DNA from: a virus
Length of the DNA: 30,308 nucleotides
Virus genome (UHGV): UHGV-0218987
Direction: 5' to 3' (one strand)
The notes under the pieces were generated by a model. That model was not told where the DNA came from. It worked only from the letters and a program-made list of their open reading frames with translations, and ran no database searches. The position numbers and the translations under genes are program-made. Shown here piece by piece: positions 16,801-26,050 of the stretch. Numbering within the stretch: position 1 is the stretch's first letter; each line of letters opens with the position of its first letter.

Positions 16801-19265
16801 CAGAATCCCCCAACAGTAAGACGAGGAGTAACGGCAAGAACAGACAGCGGCAACGGGTCAAGCTGACGGATTCTTACACGTCCGTTTTTGCCCCAGTTAC
16901 TGTCCAGTTTCACTTCTACTTTTCCGGTAGCGTCATCAACAGGATCATCGTAGAACTCGAATTCACGCTGTGGATATTCGTACCATTTACCGCCGGGCGT
17001 AGTCGCCCAGATGCCGCGACTGGCATTCACAACCAGAGTAACGGACGGGATCACCTGTTTTTTGTCCAGCAGCGTTTCCTGTCCGTTAATGTTGATATCC
17101 AGTGTTTCGAATTCAGCAGTTATTGGCAGGCCGATGTGCACTACAGCCCCCGGAGATTCCAGCGTGACGGCACCTCCGGAAACAACTTTCTGTGGTTCCA
17201 CGTTCGCATCAGAGAGAATGTTTACGGTCTGGCCTTCAAGATGAGACAGTCCTCCAAATGTCCGGCGCGCCATCTGCCAGTTCGTGGTGGCCACATTCCT
17301 GAGGGATGATGGGACGTTCCTGTTAGGGCGAACCACTACAGCGGTATTGCTGGTTACAGAAATAATGTCGCAACGTAATTCTTTTGACACTTCATCGCCA
17401 GGATCAGTTCCGGTATAAGGGAACTGTAGTTGAGCACCGACATCACTACTGGTGAAGTACGCACCACCAGAAACACTGATTGTATATTCCGCGCGGTAAT
17501 CCCATTCGCCAGAACCACCAGTGATGATCATCGTTCTGTCAGACGTATTTCTTCCATCATAGCTAAGGCCAGAATCAACAAAGAAAGCATCTTCATCGCT
17601 GGTAAATAAACGGCTGGACAGTCGCTCGATGTATCTCACTGTTTGCCCGTTAACGGTTCGGTTAACGACGAAATACACCGCATCTTCATTGCCTTCGCTG
17701 ATACTGCATGTGCTTTCATATTTTCCGGTACTGGATTGTGGTGCCCATGCAAAAACCTGCTGATCACGCAAATAGGTCATCACCAGTAATTTACCGTCAT
17801 CACGAATGCAGAAGGCGCTGGAGTAAGGGACAATCGAGAAGCACCAGTCAACAATGCTGTGCTTCTGAAAAAGATGATTGGCAAGGATGGTCAGGTCGTT
17901 CCCCTGATAGCCGTCAACATCGAATGAGTAGGCCAGATCACGGACAACGCTGCCTTTCTCCTGGACGAACAAAGCAATATTCGCCACGGCAATTGGCGGG
18001 ACGTTGCTTGAGCCATTTGATCCCTGAGAGCTGAATGCAAATGATGATGGGGTTAACACTTTGTTCTGGTCGCCGGTGATGACGTACTCACCTCCGGAAG
18101 TCAGCGCCACCAGCGAACCAACATCAATCAGGTGACGGATCTCATTAACCTGACGCCCGGCATAGGTGTAGATAATTCTGTCATCATCCTGCGTAGGATT
18201 GCTTTTGCCAAAATCCTTATAATCCCCAGTACGGCTGGCCCAGATAGTCTGAGGGAACGCAGTCGATGCGGCGAAGTAAAGACGTTGTTGATAATAAACA
18301 ACAGTGCCAGGATAACCATTAACACTGTTCCAGGCATATTTAGCCCATTTATAGCTGGCATTATCCTCGCCAACTACCTGCGAAGGGATATAGGAAATCA
18401 CCTCGGCAGTTGCAGTAGTTCCATTTGCAGCAGTGATACGGGCAATGCCAAAACCACTGTGCAGATATTCCCACTCAATGCCAGTATCATCATCACCGGA
18501 TCCGCCCCAGCCATCCCATGATGTGCCTTCTGTATGCGAAGGGCGCAAAGTACCTGTTTTGCCTGCTGTAACGGCGCGATAGTAGTTACTGTCTGCACGG
18601 CGAATATCGCCAATCGACGTACTCTTACTGGTTTCCCATACCGGCACAGAATCCACTGCAGGCTGTTCCAGATAGAACAATTTGCCTACCTGCTCCGCGC
18701 CAAAAATAGAGGCGCTTGCCGTTAACGTAATTGTCCCGGTGCTGGCGCTGGCATAAACCGTCACTGACTCGTCAATATTGATATCTTCAAATGGCCCGTT
18801 CTTCGTTACCACATCAACCAGTTGCCAGTTGTCATGCGCATAGCGGCGCAACTCTTTCGGCGGGTATGCCGGGTGAACCAGCGTAAGCACGTCTGCGCTT
18901 TGCGTGAATTTAATTCGGAACAGATCGGCTTCAGTATATGGCGTGGCAATTTCATAAATAACATTGCTGCTGTTCAGCACCAACGCACCATCTTTGATAA
19001 CGCGCATGTACTGGTGTCCGAACTCCAGAGCATAAGTCTGAACCGTCGAGAATTGGAACGGGATCAGGCGGCATTTCCGATTTGGGTATTTGGCGGCACC
19101 GACAAAACGCGTACCAGGTCGATTCTCAACGCCGCCATACTGCCGCACGATAAAGTTATCGCACTTGCGCAATGCCACCTGGTACTTCGCCATGTCGATA
19201 CGACCGTACAACGACGGTCCAATCTCACCACCGGCAAAGCTGGGCTGGATCCAACTGATAGCCAT
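16800..19265 (-). CDS. Tail tubular protein B-like (T7 gp12-like nozzle protein)
   Basis: 821-aa ORF immediately downstream of the gp11-like gene; size and order match the T7 gp11/gp12 pair. Sequence-level similarity to gp12 was not confirmed. Confidence 0.5.
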   Translation of the reverse strand: MAISWIQPSFAGGEIGPSLYGRIDMAKYQVALRKCDNFIVRQYGGVENRPGTRFVGAAKYPNRKCRLIPFQFSTVQTYALEFGHQYMRVIKDGALVLNSSNVIYEIATPYTEADLFRIKFTQSADVLTLVHPAYPPKELRRYAHDNWQLVDVVTKNGPFEDINIDESVTVYASASTGTITLTASASIFGAEQVGKLFYLEQPAVDSVPVWETSKSTSIGDIRRADSNYYRAVTAGKTGTLRPSHTEGTSWDGWGGSGDDDTGIEWEYLHSGFGIARITAANGTTATAEVISYIPSQVVGEDNASYKWAKYAWNSVNGYPGTVVYYQQRLYFAASTAFPQTIWASRTGDYKDFGKSNPTQDDDRIIYTYAGRQVNEIRHLIDVGSLVALTSGGEYVITGDQNKVLTPSSFAFSSQGSNGSSNVPPIAVANIALFVQEKGSVVRDLAYSFDVDGYQGNDLTILANHLFQKHSIVDWCFSIVPYSSAFCIRDDGKLLVMTYLRDQQVFAWAPQSSTGKYESTCSISEGNEDAVYFVVNRTVNGQTVRYIERLSSRLFTSDEDAFFVDSGLSYDGRNTSDRTMIITGGSGEWDYRAEYTISVSGGAYFTSSDVGAQLQFPYTGTDPGDEVSKELRCDIISVTSNTAVVVRPNRNVPSSLRNVATTNWQMARRTFGGLSHLEGQTVNILSDANVEPQKVVSGGAVTLESPGAVVHIGLPITAEFETLDININGQETLLDKKQVIPSVTLVVNASRGIWATTPGGKWYEYPQREFEFYDDPVDDATGKVEVKLDSNWGKNGRVRIRQLDPLPLSVLAVTPRLTVGGF

Positions 19266-19870
19266 CAGGACAACCTCGCAATGGTAAACTCGTCAACCGG
19301 TGGCTGTGGTTCCTGTGATTCATTCTGGCTATGCGAGCCAGCACTAAGAATCACGCGATTGTACATATTGAGGGCAAACGTACCGAGGTCTGCATTCCCA
19401 GTCAGCGCCATGTTAATAGCTGCCGCAAGACGCCAGGCTAACGCCTCCATAAAAATGGCATCAAACATGTTCACATCTGTAACGCGAGAGACATACTTGA
19501 GCCATGCCTGAGGCTGGTCTGTGTAGATCAACTTTCCTGTTCCGTTGGTGTCTGCACCAACTTCGTACTGAACGCGCATTGGTGCTGCTGGATTGCGTAC
19601 ACCAGGAAGCATAATTTCAGTAATGCGCAGACAATCGGACGGGTACTGGTACGCATATTCCCAGTCAGGCGGTGGATTGCTCGTATCTGCAAGCGCCACG
19701 CGTTTGGTAGCAAAGTTCCAGTCAAAATCAGAAAGCACAGCATCACGGCAGGCCTCAAAGTGCAGCGAACATTCCCCCGCTTCCTTGCTGGCTTCCGTCA
19801 GGCTGTTAATGCTGCGGCTATTGCCAATATTGGACAGCGCGCGATTGCAGATCTCTACTACAGAGGCCAT
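19265..19870 (-). CDS. Tail tubular protein A-like (T7 gp11-like adaptor or gatekeeper)
   Basis: 201 aa; N-terminal pattern NRALSNIGNSRSINSLTEA … FDWNF resembles T7 gp11 (ILASIGEPPVSTLEGD … GWTFN) as recalled from memory. Confidence 0.55.
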   Translation of the reverse strand: MASVVEICNRALSNIGNSRSINSLTEASKEAGECSLHFEACRDAVLSDFDWNFATKRVALADTSNPPPDWEYAYQYPSDCLRITEIMLPGVRNPAAPMRVQYEVGADTNGTGKLIYTDQPQAWLKYVSRVTDVNMFDAIFMEALAWRLAAAINMALTGNADLGTFALNMYNRVILSAGSHSQNESQEPQPPVDEFTIARLS

Positions 19871-20193
19871 TACTCCCCCCCATTGCCGTACAGAGTTTCA
19901 GCCGCTGATTTTCCTACATCACCGGAAACAGGAGCGATAGCCATATCAGTGATCTGCAGATCGGCGCTGCGATTAACACCATCGTCAGTTTCTCTGGCAG
20001 ACAGGCCTCGAATAACAGCCTTTGCAGTTATCATCACTTCTGTTCCGACGCCCTGAGGTTGCGCCTTCAGCTTATTCAATGTGTCGTTATTCAGCGTGAT
20101 GCACAGCCCCCACGGGTATTCATCGCGAGTTCTGGTTTCTCCGCTCTCATCCTGGTAGCTGTCAGTGCCTGTTTTGAGGTTTACGAGTTCCAT
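19870..20193 (-). CDS. Hypothetical structural-module protein
   Basis: ORF with AGGAG RBS 5 nt before the ATG at 20193; stop overlaps the start of the gp11-like gene. Confidence 0.5.
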   Translation of the reverse strand: MELVNLKTGTDSYQDESGETRTRDEYPWGLCITLNNDTLNKLKAQPQGVGTEVMITAKAVIRGLSARETDDGVNRSADLQITDMAIAPVSGDVGKSAAETLYGNGGE

Positions 20194-20204
20194 ATACACT
20201 CCTG

Positions 20205-20232
20205 CAATAAAGGGGCCGAAGCCCCTTGTCTG
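20205..20232 (-). terminator. Hairpin / weak terminator downstream of 20244..20588
   Basis: Stem AGGGGC-CGAA-GCCCCT; weak T-tract (TATTGC) on the minus strand, so it may be an attenuator or RNA stability element. Confidence 0.4.
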
Positions 20233-20243
20233 ATTCGCGAGGC

Positions 20244-20588
20244 TTACACGCCCAGTTCTTTACGCTTATCTGCGATCTTCTCGCGGAGCGTTTCGGCTTT
20301 GGCGTTATGGTGTGGCTTCTCGTTAAAGAGCAATTCGTACTCTTCACGGAGCTTATCCAGTTCACCATCATCTGACACATCGTTGATGATTTTGGTGCTG
20401 GTTGCTGCCATTGACACCTTTCCTGCAACTTTTGCTTTTGCCTGTCTGGCTGCATCGTTAACAGGTTCCAGTGCGCTACCAGGCTCACCTTCGTATTCGA
20501 TTTCTGCCCCCTCCGGCCACAGAGTGTTATGGATATGAGAGAGGCGCAGAACGCGGTATCTTGGTTTCTCACCTGACATCGATATCAC
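20244..20588 (-). CDS. Hypothetical head-module protein
   Basis: ORF adjacent to the preceding head gene in the head module; charged C-terminus; no motif recognised. Confidence 0.5.
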   Translation of the reverse strand: MISMSGEKPRYRVLRLSHIHNTLWPEGAEIEYEGEPGSALEPVNDAARQAKAKVAGKVSMAATSTKIINDVSDDGELDKLREEYELLFNEKPHHNAKAETLREKIADKRKELGV

Positions 20589-20589
20589 C

Positions 20590-21027
20590 TTAACCAGTTA
20601 CTTTTGAGCGGATCGGATACGGCGTATTGGCATCAACATCAAGACTGATACCAGCAGTGAATTCGCCAGCCGTTAGTGGGCCAGTTGCGACGGAGTAGTT
20701 AACACGCAGATATCGCTGAACACCGGCAGGCACCTTTGCAGAAACAACTCGTTTACCTGCTGTCAGGGCGGTCTTTGCCAGTGCGCCACTATCATAAATA
20801 GTGGTCCATGAGCTGTTATTCTCACTCGTCTGCAACTGGATGTTTACAGTTGCATCACCGCTTGCCGCGGCGGCTGTGTTAACCAGCGCCCAAAACTCAA
20901 GCGGGTAACCCACGCCGATATCACGATGTTTTCCGTCAATTGGACCGAGATCGATTACGTCAGTAGAAGCCGCGGTATTCGTAACCGCCTGAGCTTCGGA
21001 GAACATCAACAGTTTGTCGGTGATCAT
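20590..21027 (-). CDS. Putative capsid decoration / head accessory protein
   Basis: 145-aa ORF directly downstream of the major capsid gene with GGAGA RBS; Thr/Ala/Val-rich, consistent with a beta-rich fold; functional call is positional only. Confidence 0.4.
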   Translation of the reverse strand: MITDKLLMFSEAQAVTNTAASTDVIDLGPIDGKHRDIGVGYPLEFWALVNTAAAASGDATVNIQLQTSENNSSWTTIYDSGALAKTALTAGKRVVSAKVPAGVQRYLRVNYSVATGPLTAGEFTAGISLDVDANTPYPIRSKVTG

Positions 21028-21078
21028 CTTCTTTCTCCATTAGTGGGTCTGTTACGACCCACAGGTTAATAACAGGCG

Positions 21079-22071
21079 TTACACCACGCGGGCTTCTGTT
21101 TCCAGAAGCGCATCAGTCTCACGGATTGGTACACCACGGAATGAAGTCCACCACTCGCCTTCTGTCTCTTTTACGCTGATCGCCAGAGATGTTTTCTCCA
21201 GAGATTGCAGATCAAGAGCCTGGCCTACAGTGCGGTTCATGTAGAACACCGGGCGGCCCATGCCACGGTTTGGAATGCGATGCAGTGCTTTAACCATCAA
21301 CTTCGCAATATTTGCTGCAGAGGAAGGTTCTGAAAGATTGCTGACATCAATGTTTGCAATGCGAACAACATAACGCCAGTCACGCAGAGCAAGCCCGTTG
21401 TCCCATTTGTAATGGGTACGGTAGCCTTCGTACTTGCCGCCATTCGCATCTTCCAGTGTCACCTGGCCTTTATCTTCCATCTGGATGCCAGCCTTCTTCC
21501 CTTTCGGGAAGATGCCATGCACGGTGTTTTCGCCCCACACTACTAACCAGATTGAGGTGTTATCTGTACCCGTACCACCAGCATCAATGATGTTCTGAGC
21601 ATTACCCGCAGACAGGCTGGAATAGCGGGAGGACAGTCCCATAAACTGCTGAGGGTTAACGCTGGAATCACCATAAAACAGTGTCTGCGCCATCTGCTGA
21701 TTCATCGCTTCAATAAATGCGCGGTCTTCAGACAGGCGGAATTCGGCGGTATTACCGTTCAGATCAGCCAGTGACTTATCGACTTCAGCATAGGTTTCCA
21801 GCATGCCAACGGAATCGGTTACCTGCACTGTGGTTGATTTGCTTGGCTGTACGCCATAGTTCAGCAAACGCCAGGTAGCTGAAGGTAAACCAGAACGAAT
21901 GGTGGTTCGGTGTCCGGTAGGAAGGTTCCCTTCGACAAAAGGCATATCCTGAAGGATCGGGTTAGTTTGACCGAGAAGCTCGATAATCTTATCGACTTTC
22001 CCGTTTGGATCGACGCGCTTACCCCAGTCAGCCAGCGTTAGCGCAGTTAAGCCTTTAACAGCCATTGTCAT
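21079..22071 (-). CDS. Major capsid protein (HK97-fold type)
   Basis: 330-aa ORF following a scaffold-like gene and the portal; size and context typical of a podovirus coat protein; RBS present. Confidence 0.75.
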   Translation of the reverse strand: MTMAVKGLTALTLADWGKRVDPNGKVDKIIELLGQTNPILQDMPFVEGNLPTGHRTTIRSGLPSATWRLLNYGVQPSKSTTVQVTDSVGMLETYAEVDKSLADLNGNTAEFRLSEDRAFIEAMNQQMAQTLFYGDSSVNPQQFMGLSSRYSSLSAGNAQNIIDAGGTGTDNTSIWLVVWGENTVHGIFPKGKKAGIQMEDKGQVTLEDANGGKYEGYRTHYKWDNGLALRDWRYVVRIANIDVSNLSEPSSAANIAKLMVKALHRIPNRGMGRPVFYMNRTVGQALDLQSLEKTSLAISVKETEGEWWTSFRGVPIRETDALLETEARVV

Positions 22072-22079
22072 TTCCTCTC

Positions 22080-22781
22080 TTATTTGCCATAGAGCACTTC
22101 GGCCGCACTACGCTGGCCTTCATTACCACCGGTGACCATGCCATCTTCAGACATCGCCTTTCCGATTTTCACGAACGTTTTGACCAGATCAGGGTGATTA
22201 CCCAGCCCGGTGGTGTTCAGATATTCTTTGAGTTCAGGTGTCCCGAACTGGTCAAGCGCACGCTGTGCGGCGCTAAGGTTAGAAATCAACTTGTCGCCAC
22301 CGATTTCTTTATCAGCTTTTACATCCGCAGCCCACTGCTCGGTTGTTTTCTGCCAGGCTTCTGCCTGGCGCTGCTGAACACCTGCCAGAATCTTCGGATA
22401 AGCATCAACCAGCTTTTGCGCTTGCTCGTTGGTCAGGTTTAGTTCTCGCGCCACCGGCTCGAATTCCTTCAACGCTTCTGTATCCAGCTCTACGCCTTCG
22501 GCAGCCTGAAACTCGTACTTCTCCGGCGCACCATCCGGTTTATCGCCGTCCTTTTTTTCACCCTGCTTATCGCTTTCAGGCTTTTTGTCATCAGCAGGTT
22601 TATCGCCATCAGCAACAGGTTGCGGCTTATCACCTTCTTGTTGTGATGGATCACCAACTGGAGCATGGTTATCACCTGCAGGCGCTGATGGTTCTGACGC
22701 AGCCGGAGCTGCTCCACCATCGACTGGTTGCTCATTGCAAAGACGGCGATACAGCAAACGCTCAAATAAATTCATGATCAC
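22080..22781 (-). CDS. Scaffolding protein
   Basis: Low-complexity acidic/lysine/proline-rich N-terminal half and helical C-terminal half, located between portal and capsid genes. Confidence 0.55.
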   Translation of the reverse strand: MIMNLFERLLYRRLCNEQPVDGGAAPAASEPSAPAGDNHAPVGDPSQQEGDKPQPVADGDKPADDKKPESDKQGEKKDGDKPDGAPEKYEFQAAEGVELDTEALKEFEPVARELNLTNEQAQKLVDAYPKILAGVQQRQAEAWQKTTEQWAADVKADKEIGGDKLISNLSAAQRALDQFGTPELKEYLNTTGLGNHPDLVKTFVKIGKAMSEDGMVTGGNEGQRSAAEVLYGK

Positions 22782-23074
22782 TCCTGTTCACTGGCCTCTT
22801 TGGCCATCTTCAAATACTGTTCAGGGCAATGCGCCATAACGCGCTGAAACAGCTCCAGCGCCAGATTGCGTTGCCCCTCATTAAATGCCATTGCCATAGC
22901 ATCCATCGGAGAGATAGCGGAAAACACCCGGCCTTTCTCCAGCACAGACCAGACAACGCGACGCCCCTGTTCACTGCTCATGACAAAGCGAATGTCATCA
23001 ATTTCACGCTGTGCCATGTCACGTTGCTTACGGGCGTTTTCTTCTTTCAGTTGATCGTCTTCGTAATCTGTCAT
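22778..23074 (-). CDS. Hypothetical small head-module protein
   Basis: 98-aa ORF overlapping the portal stop and the scaffold start (4-nt overlaps). Confidence 0.45.
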   Translation of the reverse strand: MTDYEDDQLKEENARKQRDMAQREIDDIRFVMSSEQGRRVVWSVLEKGRVFSAISPMDAMAMAFNEGQRNLALELFQRVMAHCPEQYLKMAKEASEQE

Positions 23075-24750
23075 TGTGATTGCCCACCCTGACCACTAAC
23101 TGCATTCGCCATAGCTGACAAAACACTCGGATCCGAAGTTTTAGCTTCGCTTAGCGTCTTGGCACCCTGTGCCGCCGCCATCCCCATCGCCATCATTTGT
23201 TGCTGCTGTTGTTGCTGTGCCCGTTGCTGGCGAGCCTGCTCAACCTGTTCCTGCGGAACAATGACGGTTGGAGACACTCCAGACATATCAGCGAATGCAT
23301 CGATCGCCTGATCAACGTTGAGTTTGTCGAGAGCTTCTGGTTTCGCTTGCGCAAGTTGACCAATGAAGTTAACCGTGGACGCCAGACTGGACAGGCCGAT
23401 AGACTTCTGCGCCTGAGCCATGACGGAAATGTATTCGACCTTCAGGGGCATGCCTTCCATCGCGTCAGGCGGTGGCGGCAACATGTTTTTACGCACCATC
23501 ATCGAGAAAGCGCGGTCAATGAGAGGATTAAGACATTCGTCGTTCAGACGCTCCAGAACCGGCCCCAACATCAGAAGTTTTTCTTCTTTCATTTCGATCA
23601 CCGCTTCAACAGGCATCGAGCGGGTATTGATGTTCTGCAACATCATGAACAGATCGACAAAGTAGGCGCTGTTAATGATTTGACGAGTGTCCTGAATGTC
23701 TGCCACCAAATCTGCTGTACTGGGGTTAACCAGATAAGCAGGCCTGAAGCCATCCTGACCAGTAATCTGATCGATATACGTGATGTCGCCAGGAAGAAGG
23801 GAGGCGCGCTGATTCTTGAGGGAAGTCGGAGCAACCATCGGAGGATTGGTGGCTTTATCAATCAACTGCGACTTGCGCTTCTGGAGAAGCTGCAATGCCT
23901 TAACAGGTCCAAGCGCCAGCATACCCGGGCATGATGATCCATAAACATCTTCGCCGTTAACTTCCCAGCGCGGAGCCATAATTGGAAACTCATCGAATCC
24001 GGACTCACGCAACAACTTGTCGTTATCGCCACCAACCTCGTAATAAACCGATTTGAATGGCTTGTTCTTGCTATCCAGCTTCGATGTATCGCGGTCAATG
24101 TTCGGATAAACCGAATGCATCACTTCAATCCACTTCTCGTAGGTGCCGCTTTCCCACATGCTTTTTACGGATTCGCTGACGTTATTTAGTCCGAATTCCT
24201 GAACAAGCTGACGAACAGTCATAGAGAACTTGCGAAAACAGGTGTCCACACTGCCACGAGGTGAGTTAGCCAGGTAGTAACTTCCTATCGGGAATGGCAT
24301 TGTACGAATGATGTCCTCGTCATCCTCCAGCACCGCCATTGCACCGGTGCTGTATGTGCCGAGGCTTCCGTATAACTGCGGCAGCGACTGATAGAGATTC
24401 GACTTATTGAACATATCGTTCATGCGGTTCTGCACTGCCTCAAGCCACAACTTAACAGGGCCATAATCCATCATTTCAGGATCTGGCGTAGCCAGGCGAA
24501 ACCACGGACGCACGGGGCTTGTGATGCCTGACATCATGCCGCTGGCGAGAGTGCGCGCCGCCATAGTCCCAGTCGAATCAATAATGCGTGTATTGCGTCG
24601 ATCGTTACGGTTGACCTCAGAAGTCAGAAAGCGGGAACCACGCGGGTTGATGTAATCACTCAACTCGCGCCAGTGCGGCTCGAACGACTGACGCTCGCTT
24701 TCAAGTTGTGCGAACTGTTTGTTCAATCGCTCTTTAGTTGTTTCCGCCAT
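23071..24750 (-). CDS. Portal (head-to-tail connector) protein
   Basis: 559-aa ORF upstream of the scaffold and capsid genes with GGAG RBS; size and position consistent with a podovirus portal; acidic Gln-rich C-terminus. Confidence 0.7.
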   Translation of the reverse strand: MAETTKERLNKQFAQLESERQSFEPHWRELSDYINPRGSRFLTSEVNRNDRRNTRIIDSTGTMAARTLASGMMSGITSPVRPWFRLATPDPEMMDYGPVKLWLEAVQNRMNDMFNKSNLYQSLPQLYGSLGTYSTGAMAVLEDDEDIIRTMPFPIGSYYLANSPRGSVDTCFRKFSMTVRQLVQEFGLNNVSESVKSMWESGTYEKWIEVMHSVYPNIDRDTSKLDSKNKPFKSVYYEVGGDNDKLLRESGFDEFPIMAPRWEVNGEDVYGSSCPGMLALGPVKALQLLQKRKSQLIDKATNPPMVAPTSLKNQRASLLPGDITYIDQITGQDGFRPAYLVNPSTADLVADIQDTRQIINSAYFVDLFMMLQNINTRSMPVEAVIEMKEEKLLMLGPVLERLNDECLNPLIDRAFSMMVRKNMLPPPPDAMEGMPLKVEYISVMAQAQKSIGLSSLASTVNFIGQLAQAKPEALDKLNVDQAIDAFADMSGVSPTVIVPQEQVEQARQQRAQQQQQQQMMAMGMAAAQGAKTLSEAKTSDPSVLSAMANAVSGQGGQSQ

Positions 24751-24764
24751 TTCAATGACTCCGG

Positions 24765-24971
24765 TTACTGGCCAAGCAGCGTTTTACCGCTGGTATTAGC
24801 GGTTGATGTGTCGCCCTGAGAACCGGTAAGCAGCGTAGAACTACGACCAGCAGCAGCGCGACGGCGACGAGTTTCTTCGTCGCGGGCATCAACAACGGCG
24901 GCATCCTGCTCCTGTGGTGCTGCCTGAACTTCTGGTGTTGCAGGCACTGACGGTGAGCTACCCATGCACAT
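24765..24971 (-). CDS. Small low-complexity hypothetical protein upstream of portal
   Basis: 68-aa ORF with GGAG RBS ending 14 nt before the portal RBS; the alternative overlapping frame (24752..24991) was judged less likely. Confidence 0.35.
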   Translation of the reverse strand: MCMGSSPSVPATPEVQAAPQEQDAAVVDARDEETRRRRAAAGRSSTLLTGSQGDTSTANTSGKTLLGQ

Positions 24972-24998
24972 ATCAATGACTCCGTACGCAATTAAATT

Positions 24999-25022
24999 AT
25001 TACCAATTTAACCACATATGAT
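24999..25022 (+). promoter_or_regulatory. Copy (iii) of conserved regulatory cassette (ATTACCAATTTAACCACATATGAT)
   Basis: Homologous to 5987-6010 and 3111-3137; followed by a TTGACA hexamer at 25040-25045 and the inverted repeat at 25061-25077. Confidence 0.45.
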
Positions 25023-25039
25023 TTATTTATCGTAGATAG

Positions 25040-25077
25040 TTGACATTTAACGCATGAATTATTACCTTTAAGGTAAG
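25040..25077 (+). promoter_or_regulatory. Promoter-like region (TTGACA) with inverted repeat ATTACCT-TTA-AGGTAA
   Basis: Consensus -35 hexamer; the operator-like inverted repeat sits where the -10 would be; lies upstream of the tRNA and Gp49-like module. Confidence 0.45.
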
Positions 25078-25398
25078 CAAAGAGTTCATTCCGGTTACTA
25101 ACCTGACTGGCTTGTCGTTAAATTGAACAGGTGGAGTGAGCTTTTATTTTGAGCAGTACGGCGTATGGCACATGCGCCGATAGCGGTCTGGATACGTTTA
25201 AGGGGCACCCTCCCTTGCTCGGGCAAACGAACCAGCTAGCCGGAATGTGCAAGTCGAGCGGTTTTATTCCGCGCACGGGGATTCACCATCCCGGCGATTC
25301 GGTGTGACGCCTCGGAAGAGACGAGGGTACAACGATGAGAGCATTTATGGAGCCGCGACAAAGTGTGGCGCCTTAACAGGCTAAGTGCTCTCAGCGTT

Positions 25399-25475
25399 GT
25401 GGCATTAGCTCAGTTGGACAGAGCAACCGCCTTCTAAGCGGTTGGTCGCAGGTTCGAATCCTGCATGCCGCGCCA
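25399..25475 (+). tRNA. tRNA-Arg (anticodon UCU), argU-like, phage-borne
   Basis: Cloverleaf folded by hand: acceptor stem GTGGCAT / ATGCCGC (one G-U pair), D-arm GCTC…GAGC, anticodon stem ACCGC / GCGGT with loop CTTCTAA (anticodon TCT), T-arm GCAGG-TTCGAAT-CCTGC, discriminator G, encoded CCA. Confidence 0.85.
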
Positions 25476-25518
25476 GAATCACGCCTAAGGACCGTGATGC
25501 CAGAAGTTCCAGGGGCTT

Positions 25519-25561
25519 GGCGGTGATGGTTTCCCTTGAAGGACTATCACCGCCCTTTTTA
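25519..25561 (+). terminator. Rho-independent terminator downstream of the tRNA
   Basis: 9-bp stem GGCGGTGAT / ATCACCGCC followed by CTTTTT. Confidence 0.55.
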
Positions 25562-25673
25562 CAGCAGGACGCCATTGCGATGACTTCATGCTGTAAACCC
25601 GTACAGCCACGGAAGGCATAACTCATTGCTTCCAGTTCGCCCGGTTCGCCGGGCATTTTTTTAAGGTGAGATT

Positions 25674-26030
25674 ATGAGCGACCAGCAAATCGAAAAAGAA
25701 ATCGTTGAGAAAGGCAAAACCGCTCCGCGAGTTACGCCTCAATATATCGAAAGCATCATTCTTGAAGAGCATTTCTTTACTGCTTATGACGGCATTCGTG
25801 CTGCCAATATGGGCGTTGGCGATTCATGGACAGCGCATAAATCTACAGACCTCCTGACTTTCTGCGTATTGGTACTGAAGAATGGCTTCACCGTCACCGG
25901 AGAGAGTGCCTGTGCAAGTCCGGAAAACTTTGATGCGGAAATTGGTCGGAAGATTGCCCGGCAGAATGCTGTAAACAAAATCTGGATGCTCGAAGGTTAC
26001 TTGCTGAAGCAGAAGTTAAGCGAGCAATAA
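25674..26030 (+). CDS. Gp49-like phage protein (N4 gp49 / Sf6 gp66 family), function unknown
   Basis: 118-aa ORF with AGGTGAG RBS; motif block TFCVLVLKNGFTVTGESACASPENFDAEIGRKIA…KIWMLEGYLL matches my recollection of this family. Confidence 0.6.
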   Translation: MSDQQIEKEIVEKGKTAPRVTPQYIESIILEEHFFTAYDGIRAANMGVGDSWTAHKSTDLLTFCVLVLKNGFTVTGESACASPENFDAEIGRKIARQNAVNKIWMLEGYLLKQKLSEQ

Positions 26031-26034
26031 CACC

Positions 26035-26046
26035 GTGACATGTCAC
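26035..26046. repeat. 12-bp perfect palindrome GTGACATGTCAC (copy 2 of 3)
   Basis: 4 nt after the Gp49-like stop codon and about 75 nt from the 3' end of the large terminase gene. Confidence 0.8.
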
Positions 26047-26050
26047 AAAC

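Noticed and set aside
17011-19511. Plus-strand ORFs (e.g. 17708..18034, 18132..18521, 18822..19511) inside the tail tubular B-like gene
   Set aside because: Antisense to the continuous 821-aa minus-strand gene; no independent coding evidence.
23197-23934. 245-aa plus-strand ORF and neighbouring ORFs inside the portal gene
   Set aside because: Antisense to the portal gene; Leu/Arg-rich composition consistent with a spurious frame.
24752-24991. 79-aa minus-strand ORF as an alternative to 24765..24971
   Set aside because: It would overlap the portal RBS and start; the 68-aa frame ends cleanly before the portal RBS and has a GGAG RBS. Neither is strongly supported, so the shorter one is listed at low confidence.
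25405-25656. 83-aa minus-strand ORF
   Set aside because: It overlaps the hand-folded tRNA-Arg and its terminator; its translation is simply the reverse complement of structured RNA sequence.
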